Assembly (NCBI GenBank): GCA_000708835.1
Contig: DF237333.1
Location: forward strand, 26,001-90,000
Direction: 5' to 3'
DNA from: Klebsormidium nitens
Taxonomy: Eukaryota; Plantae; Klebsormidiophyceae
DNA: 64,000 nucleotides
The notes beneath the pieces were generated by a model that was given only the letters and a program-made list of their open reading frames with translations, ran no database searches and was not told the DNA's origin. The position numbers were made by a program, and so were the translations under genes. This document shows, piece by piece, positions 49,583 to 60,700 of the stretch (positions are counted from its first letter, which is position 1; each line of letters opens with the position of its first letter).

Positions 49583-52150
49583 TCAGCGGACTTCGTTTGC
49601 GCCGACATCGTACAACCCTCCCTGCGGAGTTTGTCCCCCAAAGAAATCCGTTCCAGGGGGTCCCGGGCTGATGCCCAGTGATCTCAGATCTACCCCGGCG
49701 TCAATCACCGGGGACCCCCCCTGCAGCCGCCACCCCCCCAGTTTCTCCTCCAAGGAATCAATCTCTCCGATCCCAACCACTTCTGAGCTGTACGCGCCCG
49801 ACTGAAACAGGGGATCGCCGACTTTCCCGGTCGGTTTACCGTGGAAGGACTCCCACCCCGTAACGCCCCGCCACGCGGCCACCGAGGCGTGATTCCTCCC
49901 GCCTTCCTGGAACCGGGGCGTTCCGCCAACCGTCCAGAAGGCGTTTCCGGCAGCATTAACCGTATTCGCTGGCGACCCCAACCAGGCCTCCACCACCGGA
50001 AGGTCGCCCTTGACCACCACCAGGTTGTTATACACCCCCCAATTCTTCAAGTACGAGAGAAGGTAGATTTGCCCCAGGGGCTTCGCAAGCCGGCTGACGT
50101 CAGCAAAGATGGTGTTCCCGTAGGCGGCGCTGTCCGCCAGGGGCCACGTGGCGCTCTCTCCGTAGCCCCCCACCCCGAGCCCGTTGTTCACCGACACGCA
50201 GTAACGGATGACGTTGCCCCGGAACTGGACGCCTGCCCCGGCGTATGACGTCATCTGGAACCCCGCGCCCCAATTGTCGTGGGCGTAGCAGTACTCGATG
50301 ACGCAATTAGTCGAGCCGCCGTCGATCAGGAAGCCGGCTGCGTCACGTGCCGCTGTCGTGGTGCGGTACGCCTCACAGTGACGGATCGTCACGCCGTCTG
50401 CTTCCTGTGTGACGGGAAAACGAAGAGCACTTTCGAACTTTTGTACAGATCTACCTAGCAATTAGCATTCAAAAATCTGATTGATGCCGCGGTCGTGGTG
50501 CGGTGCGCCTGGCAGTGACGGAACGTCACGCCGTCTGCTTCCTGTGTCAGGGAGATGCAGCGAGCACTTTCTGACTCCTTGCTAGATGAATTGCCAAAGC
50601 TTGTCTCCTGGACACCGGTAGACTGCACAACGGATACGACGGAGATCGAACGCAATATGGAACGGGTGACGTTGAAGGGGACGGATCATCGCAAGGCCGG
50701 GGGGGCACGACTTTACAGGGAGACAAAGGGGCGCGGTTGCTTCGACTTTACATATGGAGCAGAAGTGTTGCAGTTCCTCTAAAGAATGCCGCGATCCCGG
50801 GCCTGCGCAATATTCCTTGCACTGCATGGCATGGAAAAGGGTTGCCGCAAGCGTGAGGGGAAGCGATCTTAAAGTGCCGGCTTCAGAACGTCTTTGAAAG
50901 TTTTCGAAAGATGCAATCCGAATGATACGTGCCAAGACGGTAAAGATACCGAGAACGTGATATGTCCATTTGTTCAGCCTGTAAGCATCGAAGCAAAGAC
51001 AACAGGTGTCTACTCTATGGTCAGCGTGACGTTGGATCGAATTAGCCAAAAAACTTAGTCAGAGAAAGGCAGCGGCCGACTGAATAAGATGGAGCAGTCG
51101 AACTCAACTTCAAGGGCCATAAAGCTGGTACAAGGGTCAAATCTCTCAACAATACCACAGAATTCCTATTGCATCGAGCGAAGGATGCAACGGAAAGGTA
51201 AGGCGTTGGTTCCTACGGACTTCCATCAAGAGCCCAGATGTACCTTAACGTACATTGCTTACCGAGATTTACGTCCAATGAACATCCTTCACTAAGAGCT
51301 CGTGTTTAGGAGCTCATAGTCAAGAGCTCGTAGTGAAGCGCCCAGAGTCAAAAGCCCAAGATTCACGACCCATTGGTAAGTTTCCGGACTCAAGAGCCAT
51401 ATTCGGGACTCCCTGCATAGGGGTCCCATGATCAAAGAACGTTCAAAGGTTTTGGGCAACTTGCCTGCACAGCGAAGGCCTGGGGGTGGGAGCTGCTTCC
51501 GCCATTATCGTGCGCAACGCTCCGCTCCACTGTCGCAGCTGCCACGTGGAACAGATAGAACCCGTACCCGCGTTCGCCCGCGTGATTAAAGGCCTCGCAA
51601 TGGCTCACGTAAACGTCAGCCAAGTCGCCCCGGTTGATTCCTCCAAGGAACACTCCTGTGTTTGCGTTGTCGTGCAGAGTGCACCAAGTGACTCGCACGT
51701 CTCGGAAGCTGTTAACCGAGCTCTGAACGTTTATCCCGACCGCAAACCCGGAAACCTCTAGCTCACTGACGTATAAATGCTGGAGCCCCGGGGAGTCGGC
51801 ATACGCAATGAGCCCGTCGGCCGCGGCTGTCCCCACGCCAGACAAAACCAGGTTACGGATCTCGAGATACGCAGAGTTGTAAACGAAGATGCCAGGTGTG
51901 TTACCGTCTGGCGCGCGAAGGATCGCTCGCCCGCTACCATACGAGCCAACAACGACGGGATTGGCGGCAGTTCCGACCAGGTTCCGGAGGGTTAGTCCAC
52001 CGGTGAAGGTTTTGCCGCCCTCAAAGAGGAGGCGGTCTCCGGGGTTAAGCTTACCCTGGTTTGCTCGGGAGATGGTTTGCCAGGGGCTGGCGGGCCAAAG
52101 GCCGTCGGAGGCGTCATTCTCGCTGTCGCTGACATAGTACGTGGCAGGGC
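49583..52150 (-). CDS. Bacterial-type right-handed parallel beta-helix (pectin-lyase-fold) protein, probably secreted
   Basis: Seen: exons 52150-51465 (GC donor CAG|GCAAGT) and 50404-49583. N-terminal TYYVSDSENDASDGLWPASPWQTISRAN...LNPGDRLLFEGG, repeated 'HCEAFN / SVAHDNG / CYAHDNWGAGF' coils, C-terminal SPVIDAG...DFFGGQTPQGGLYDVGANE. Upstream exon uncertain: signal-peptide-like 53622-53529 (MVALIHRLSLLVIVTTIALAAVSATAE, weak donor) or an exon ending at 52844. Confidence 0.8.
50455..50570 (-). repeat. Decoy copy of the acceptor plus first ~60 nt of beta-helix exon 50404 (137 bp upstream)
   Basis: Seen: EADGVTFRHCQAHRTTTAA versus EADGVTIRHCEAYRTTTAA; in-frame stop at 50455. Confidence 0.9.
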
Positions 52151-52770
52151 CTGCACGATGAGGAAAGAGCGATCGGCAAATTTTAGTTGGAGAAAGTGTG
52201 GGCGAACTTTCACGCAGTCACGGAAGGGTTCGTTCATGTGAGGACACTTTCATTGACAATATCACGACAATCTACAGGACGCTTTTGACAGTCTGGGATT
52301 TGTGCAAGATGACAGCAGAATATCGTAACTTAGCAATCAAATTGTGAATCGGGTCCTGGCGTAGTCAGAGGTTAGAAAGTTCTCGAGATCAGAGACTTGT
52401 CATGATTAAAGAAATAACCAAAGTCGATTTTCATTGTCCCTGGCCAAAAGAGACAAACCAGGATGTACAGGGACAGAGCCGAATCAGTGAGAGATCGAGT
52501 TTTCCAAGTCAAACAACAAGCTATCAGACCGTCAATAGTGGCAGCTGCTCGCTTCCGTTTTTGGGTGAGTGGCTTTTAGCTGAGCGGGGGCCTCGCTTTC
52601 AATTGCACCCTACCACGGAGCCGATACATTGGATGCAAAGACAATTACGCGACTCATCTAAAGCAGATCTCTCGGCAAACTGAGTGGTTCAAGCCTGAAC
52701 GTAACACTGAGTATGCATTGAGTAGGTTGTTTCTTTGAATTGGGCCCTTGCTGTCTGGTGTTACAAATCT

Positions 52771-52808
52771 GTTGCGTCCAGATTGGGTGTCCTCAATCTG
52801 GACGCAAC
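52771..52808. repeat. Perfect 15-bp inverted repeat with 8-nt loop
   Basis: Seen: GTTGCGTCCAGATTG-ggtgtcct-CAATCTGGACGCAAC. Confidence 0.9.
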
Positions 52809-54799
52809 TTCTGGTCATTCGGCGAAAGCTGATGCATTCTCACCTGTGCTCTGCTCCAGTGTGATGTTGCCAATAGAAGAGGTTAGCTTGGCTGATGGTA
52901 AAAGGTCTAGGCCCTTGATTTTGCCAAGAACTACCTTCCCTAGACCCAAAGGTATGGAGGTGACTTGATACCTTCTTGGAGTCTGCGCAAAAGAAATGGA
53001 AGGACTGGTCAAGCAGTCAAGTTGAACAGCCTTGTTTATTGTCTTAGGTCAGGTACTGAGTGCGTGCTTTATAACGCCCCAGCAGAAGAGACACTAGACT
53101 CTTCTAGTGGCTCTATACCAACTTGGAAGGAGCATTTCCACAGAAACCTAACCCAATGGGGCCTCAAGCAGTCGGTTTTTGCTGCAGTCAAAATCTCAGA
53201 GGGAAGAGGCGCCTGCAATGGCCCAGTGAGCTTAACGTCTCGATCCAAAGTTTGATGAGCAGCTACTGCATGAAAAATACTATGGGGCTGAGGGGTTTGG
53301 CTTTCACAATGAGTTCGGATATAGGCTGGCCTCTTCTTCCAATCACAAGAGCTCCTCATAGCTTGCGCAACCTGTTAGGCAATGAATGAGCTGGAGCAGC
53401 CTGCAACCACTTTTTGCCTTTTTAATCAGACATGATCGCGTCGATGAAAACTACCAGTTCAAACGTCAGTCACCGCAAAGACACCAGGTATTGAGCGAGG
53501 CTTACTTGCAGGTCCCCTCAGATGCCACCATCGCTAATGCTCTCAGCAGTGGCAGAAACTGCAGCTAATGCAATAGTCGTCACAATGACCAACAGGGACA
53601 GCCGATGAATCAGTGCCACCATGATTGCACCTGCGCTTTAGTTATACATTACTGCTTCTGCAATGAAACCCGTTGGCAGCAAGAGGCCCTTGTCGTCAGA
53701 TCGATGCAGCGCTCCCGCTGGTTAGTAGAGGCACGTCTGGCTTCTGACCTGATCAGTTGGAAATGCCTGTTCGAAAGAGTGTGCTTTGAGCCCTCGACCG
53801 ACTTTGCCAGTTTCCAGGACCCTAGCACTGCAGCTGTACGTAAGAAAAGAGCAAGCTAGCTTTTCGAAGAGAGCACCTCAACTCCGTCGTTTTTGTTTAA
53901 GAGCAAGAGAGAGATGATTGGACCAGTGTGCACCAGATCACACGTTCATATTATCTACTGATCAGTCTTTTGCGTACGACGTCTACCTGTAGTCCGCGCA
54001 TAGTAGAGGTCACTATCAGACGAAGCCCTGTTCTGAAAGGGCGTACTTCCTGACTCTTTGCAGAGAGTCATGAGAGTTCTGAGTAGATTGGTCGAGCAGC
54101 TCTTCATTCAGAGCCAAATGCTGACCGACTGCTTCGGATCAGAGCTTGTACCATTTTGCGACGATGTTAATCCCTTCTCCAATAGTAACAGCCCGTGCAC
54201 TACCTATCAGAGGCATGGGGCTACGGTGGGGCAATTGTACATGCATCCATTCCTAAGCATTCTATCTGATTGACTCATAAGAACCATCATGAGTGCACAT
54301 GCACATTGAAAGAATGTAGCCGGTTTTGCTTTCCCGAGGTCTTCGGTCCGGGAGCTGGGCTCCGGATCTCACATCATGTTGCTGGCACTAGTGCTGCGCC
54401 GTCCGCGTCTCGTCGCCATCTTGATTGAGCTGAAGACTGTTCAAAGTTTCAAGAGCGCACTGAGATGTACCTACTGCAGTGCGACAGTGTATAATGTACC
54501 TGTGCCATGTGGGTCTATTTTGGTGATGTTTACCTACTTACTTCTAGGTGTGTCCCCCGCAGTGATTATGCCGTGATATGCGCAGAAGAGCTGAGAGGGA
54601 CGCGGCCGGACGCGGCCGGGGCAGGCGGCGGCCCAATGGCCGCGGCCGCCAACCTGTCTAGCCGCTCGCGCTCGCGCGGGGGTCATGCATAACTCTATCC
54701 TACAGCTACAGAAACTGAGCTGTTATAATAGTTGGCGGCACCACTTTCGGCGTTTTGAAGCGCTTCCTCCTGCCCCTCGTTCAAGTTTCAATACGCATC

Positions 54800-57700
54800 A
54801 TGCCGGGGGTGGTGCAGATCCCCGTCGAGCCCCAGGTGGGGCGCAATGCCATCCGCATTGAGCTTGACGCTTCCGAGCTGGGAGAGACTTTGCGGCTGCT
54901 GACCCTGGCCGTGAAGGCATTTGAGGACCAGGCGGGAGCGCCTGTGACTGCAGAGGTAAGGATTTTCCTGGAAAAGAAGTCTTGGCCTCGGGCATTGAGT
55001 TGTACAACAGTTGTATGGATTGCGATTGCTGAATGTTCTCTGGTGGCATTGAGGCTTACTAACAATGTAACATTTCAGACGGCATTGAATTGGTGGTGTT
55101 TTATGCGCAATTGCTTTCAAGTTACACGTTTTTCCCAAAGTCGTGAACGAAACTTTTTCAACTGTCATTTAGAGCTAGGAAATGGTCTCTAAACTGCTCT
55201 GTACTCCATTTTTGTTCTATCCGGCAACAGACCATAGAAACACATTGCAATGCTCTGAGAAGGGGAGTGTATGCCTTTTTGGGGTTAAAGTACGCATGGG
55301 TTGAGACATGATCTACAGGAGAAAGTTGGAGCAGAAGGAACAAAGCTTCCGGAGTCAGCAAACAGCGAGAAGTCTTAAACCTTGCGTTTTGAAGTCAGAA
55401 GTCTGCTTTCCTTCCTGAAGTGGGATGGTGGTGTTCCCACCTCGCTGCATGGTGTATCATTCAAGGAAAACATTATATCAAGAATAATTTCGTAATATCA
55501 ACCACTGCTACTCTTCATTTAAAGATCAATGCCTTGATAGGTAATCTACAGAGGACAGACCTGATATTCAGTAACCACGTCGTTGCACTTTGGAGACTTG
55601 CTGTTACAGTAGCGTATGCCTGCACCACCACGTTCTGAGCACGGACTCAAGGGTCATTTTGATCTGCTAGAGTAGCTGTTAGCAACTGACACATCACTTG
55701 CTTCGTTTGATCAAGTTGACATACTTCAAGGAGCTGTTTAGCCCTATTGTTCGACTCCACTCATTGCTGAAGCTAGGTTCTCCCTTTCGCGCAGCCGCAG
55801 CCTGCTCCTCAGGCCATCCCATTCTTGACCCAGATCCCCGTCAGCAGGCTCGCCTCTCCCGCCCAGCGTGCTCCCACCCCCCCTGCTAACCACCAGCCAG
55901 CACCCCCTTCCCAGAGCTTCACTGCACAACCAATTCAGAGCTTTGCTGCGCCGCCGCAGTCCGTCGCTCCACCTCCAATCTCATACTCCCAGCCAGAGAG
56001 CTCAGAGGCCTCCTCATTCAGCTTTCCGGCCGTAGTTTCCCCTCATGCTCAAGGCCACTCCTTCCCGCCTGCCAACCAGCAATTTCAAAAGCCAGCAGAG
56101 CCAGCCCCAGCGGCCTTGAATGGAGTCGTCAGTGGGGCCGTCAAGCAGATCCCGCCGCAGGTATCCTGTCTTCCGTTTTTTGTGTTGAGCTTATAAGTGA
56201 TCCATATTCTTCCAGTCTCTGAAGCCGTGCATCAGACACTGGTCAGCTTCTTGGACTACATGAGCTTGCTCCTCAAAGCCAGGTTCGTCCATGCAGTTGA
56301 TGAAAAGTATTTAATACACCGGAAGGCATTGAACAGCTCATGCACTCAAACATGCACCACAGAAATGTACCTGTATGCTTGCATTTGCTTACGATTTAGA
56401 TGGCCATACCACTCCAAAGTGCTCGGCACCTTTCCGTGCCTCTGATCAACAAGCTGCAGCTAAGGAAAGCCTCTCCCTCTGTTCTCTCCCACCCTGCACA
56501 CCCAGTTTTCAGGTTTTAAATCCTTTATTCTACCACCTCATCGCATCCTTCATTACAGGCCTCTCCCTGGAAGCGCTGCTGGGTGACTGCGGCCGAGGAG
56601 CACAACCGCCACCCCGTGACTGCCATGCTGTACTCGTCGTCCTACCAGGGCCTGGCTGACGGGGACGGCCACGCCGGCTGGCTGGTCAGCGCATCCAACC
56701 GCCTGCTGAACCTGTGGGAGTGCAACGCAGGGGGCGGGGTCGCAGGGGAGCCGTCGCTACAGGTGGGGTGGAGAACCGATTTGAAGCCAGATACAGTATT
56801 AGCCGCGTGTTTTGTTCCGTTTTCTGGCTGAAAGGCTGGCCAAGAGGAAGCCCTTTCGGGCGATCGGTATTGACAGCTGATGAGGTACAGTCAATCGGCT
56901 CAGGGATAGCGTGATACCTCTGGTTTGGAACGTCTTCTCTTGCCTCCTACAATGCTTCTTTCTCTTACCAGACCATATCGAAGGTACGTGTGTTGGTAGA
57001 AGACCCCTTGAAACCGTCGTTGTCTTCTGCTTAAAACATCTGATCAAGCAACCTAGCAACCCGCACAGGAAAACGCTGAGAAAGGACGTTCTTCATCTCC
57101 CCCAGGTGATGCACAGCCAAGCGACGGACTACCAGGTTTTGGGCCTCGACCGCGACCCGCAGCACCAGTTGCTCGTGAGCGCCGCGCAGCACCACCAGGG
57201 GAGCCTCTGCGTCACGCTGCACTCGCTCTCAGGGGACAACTTCTTCGCCTACAAGGTGCGGTTATCTGTTTTCTATCTGCTTCGTCAAAGTTGCTGACAT
57301 TTGATTTCGGGTCTGACGACTGCTTACAGTAACCCGGAAGCACCTGCTGCTGTTCTGCTGTCGGCACGATCTCGTTTTGACGAACGAGGGGTTGTGAATT
57401 CACTCAGTGGTGTTGTCGGGCTGCTGGTCTTGAAAACTAAGGTCCGGGTTCAAGAAAAAGATATGGTGAGGTTTGGCTGACGCCGGCGATGTTGAGTTGT
57501 TCCCGGGTACTTTACGGAAGCTTTGACGTTGATGAAGATGAGTTGGACGATGAGCCAACATCGTCCTGATGCCAACGCTTCTAAGGTGCCTCACGACTTC
57601 CTGTAGCCTGGGATGCATTGAATTAAGAACCGATCAACTTTGATCCCGCCCTATCTCGATCACGCCTTCGTCGGATCTGCAAGTGGCAAACATTATTACC

Positions 57701-60700
57701 TTCTGCGGTTCCCCTCCTGAAGCGGGTTCCGTAGCAAGCTCGTATCGGTTGCAAGAACGCTCTCGGGGCCGTCTTTTTAGACCGCTCTTGCTCTGGCTGC
57801 TCGAAGCTGGTTATCACGAGGCTCTTACAAACAGAATAAACTACTTCAAGCTCTGCTAACCTTTTTAATAGCCACTGGTGATCGCAAGCATCCGGCCATT
57901 TACCACCCAATTACTAGCATTCTGGTTGACGTGCCCCTGTCAAATGGGTTTCGTCGCATTTGTCATTTGGAACGGCTGCCCTTTCCTTTGATCCATGAGA
58001 AGCGGCTCTTCTTTTTTTCGTGTGCCTGGGAGTCACCGGTTTCATTTCCAGCCACTAGCCACATTCTGCACTGATCTCAATGATGGGATCAACTCCGTCA
58101 AGAGCGATTTCAGCTGTCTAAATCCCCATCAGTCTAAATTGATGAGGCTTCCCCCTTACTTGCGTGTAGTTTATCAATGTCTCTGGGCGAGCTTGGAACA
58201 GTATGGTATAAGATCAAGGATTGTCAAGCCGTCGCAACTGCAAATCCGGATACGAGCTTGTCGTTGCTATCAGAACAACCCGTGCATTTTTCTTGAAACT
58301 TTCGAGACGACCGATCATTCTTTTGAACTTTGTGGCCTCGCAGGCCGTCGCAGGCCGTATCTGTTATCATTTATCCCTTTTTGTCAGCATAAATGATTTA
58401 TCCCTTTGGTCAGCAAAAGTCTTGAAAGTCTGTTCCCGCCCCTCGGTCTGTTAACTGCAGAAAGTGAAAAAGTTCGCGGACTCTCAAGGGGCAGTACTTG
58501 TCGGTCACTTCGGTCGTGAGATATTTTTATCGTGCCCACTTAGGGAGGCGGGACCTGCGGCCGAGGGTTTCAAAATTACCCCGACGCTTCGTAGGTGTGG
58601 GGAACGCGATGTGGATTGAGCTACTGCCTTTTCTGTCTGTTTGAGATTGTCTATGTTGCTGTAAAACCTAGATCTTGTCCTGTCGTTCTTTCGGGTTGCC
58701 TGTTGGCACCGCCTCAGAATTGCAGCTCGTGATTGTAACTCAGAGAAACCGTACCTTAGCGTGTGAGACGCAACATGATTCTGAGTGAAAGGAAAAGTGC
58801 CTGCTCTCAAGTAAAGCTGCAGTCTCGGTTAGCTGGTTTTGACCTTAACTCAAAGGCGATGATTGGATGCAGTCGTGGCGATGAAGCCATTTGGGTATTG
58901 AAGCATCCTTTGATGCCAACCCAAACTGTCAATTTGAGGACGTATCGGGAACTGCCAGCTTCCAACAAGCGTAGGTCCTTTAATCCGCCAGGTCGTCAGC
59001 AGATCTTCAAAGTGAGGGCCTTGCATTTTGAGAAAGTTTGCTCTTCTGGTTCCTTTTTTGCGCTTCCTAGGCGTTCTCAGGGCCTTCATTTGGAAGACCC
59101 GCAAAGGGCCTGCAAAGCTCTGCACTTGCCTGTCGCCGTCCTTTGAGATCATCTAGCAGGCTGAGCATTCGTCGCTTAGGAAGAGACGTGCGGGGCACCG
59201 TTCTGTGGCATCAAATTAATGTCAAATTTGTGCTCGCTCAGCGAAGGAACCTCTAAGGGTTGGGTAATGATGGCATTAAGCCTGGCTCTTAAGCCAGCGC
59301 TTAAGGGGAATGTCTGATGCCTGGCAATCCTGTGCAAAAGCTTGTATTCCTGAGAATTTCCCTGCCCCCTTGAGCTGATCCTAGCATTTTATCCAGATTG
59401 GCAGTCTCGAGATTGATTGCGAATGTGTGAAGTTGCCAAAGAGAATTTCCGACGAAATTGCTGCAGCGCTAACAAGGACAGGGCAGAGGGCGGGGAAAAC
59501 GCCCCTCCCTATCTCGTGAAGTGATCATCCCTGTACTGGCCGGCGACATGGTAGCAAGATTGATTTGCAGCCTGCGGTTCACAAGTTGCTGTTTCGCCCA
59601 GACGCTGTCACCGTTGGCAGGCGAAAGAGTACATACCTGGGCCTGATTGATCGGGATCGCTTCAGCCCCCGAGTTTTTGCTCAGCCTCCTCTTTGCGTCT
59701 GGATTATATTTGTCTACCCTTTTCCGCACGGCTGAGGATAACAATCCCTTCAAGAGTTGCTCAGTGTCGTGTGAGCACCACAAGTTGAGCGTATCGGCTA
59801 CTTGTGTGGCGATCCATCCAGATTGTGCCACTTTGCGTGTTCCAGCCCTATTGAGCACTTAGTAGAACGGCAAAATTGCATTGGCAAGCAGAAGTGTAAG
59901 CCGCAAGGATATAGGTTGATTGAATCACCAGCATTGAAAAACGGCCCCTTTGGCAGCGGGCGAAAGCCGTTGAAAATGTTAAGGACCGTTTGGGAGCTGG
60001 TCCTCAATTTACAGTCAGGCTGTTCATTTGATCGATGCCCTTGTCTGGCAATTCACGTTTCGTTTGGTCGTCATACTTCGTGTGAAAACCCCTTCAGTGG
60101 ACTACTCTGGTCTGCGCCTGGCGAAGACGTGTACATCCGGGGTTGCTTCCCAATGCGACTTTTGTCCGCGATCTGAGGCCAGGTCCTTTTAATGCCGCAC
60201 TCAGATGTTGCTCCTTCCAAGTAGGCCCAGAAAAAACCCCTCGAGATCCGACCTCCAAAGAGATCTCAGGGGATTAGGATGCCCCCCTGCAAGCCATACG
60301 CGGGCGGTTCTAAGCGTAGTCAAAACGAGACAAGAAAGCACCGCCACTTCTACTGTTTGAATATTTGGAACGGCCGTTCGCTGATGATTTTCTTCTTTGC
60401 GCAGGGCTTGATCCGCGTGACGGACCCCGCCAAGGCGCTGTCGCTGAGCCAGAACCACAAGCAGGCGGGCGTGGTGGGGCTGCCGCTGATGCACCTCGCG
60501 TCGCTCAACCCGCACGGGGGGCCCCTCAAGACCTCCGTCATTACCACCGTCGCAACTGACGTGGTGAGTGGTTTTCCCAGTGAAAGGGACAGGTTGTTGA
60601 CCGATTGAAGTTGGTGTCTTGCAATCATCGACTGAGGTTCGTCTCGTCGAAACAATGGGGGATCCCTGGGTTCCGCGGAATCTTGGAGCGGCTCCCAACC

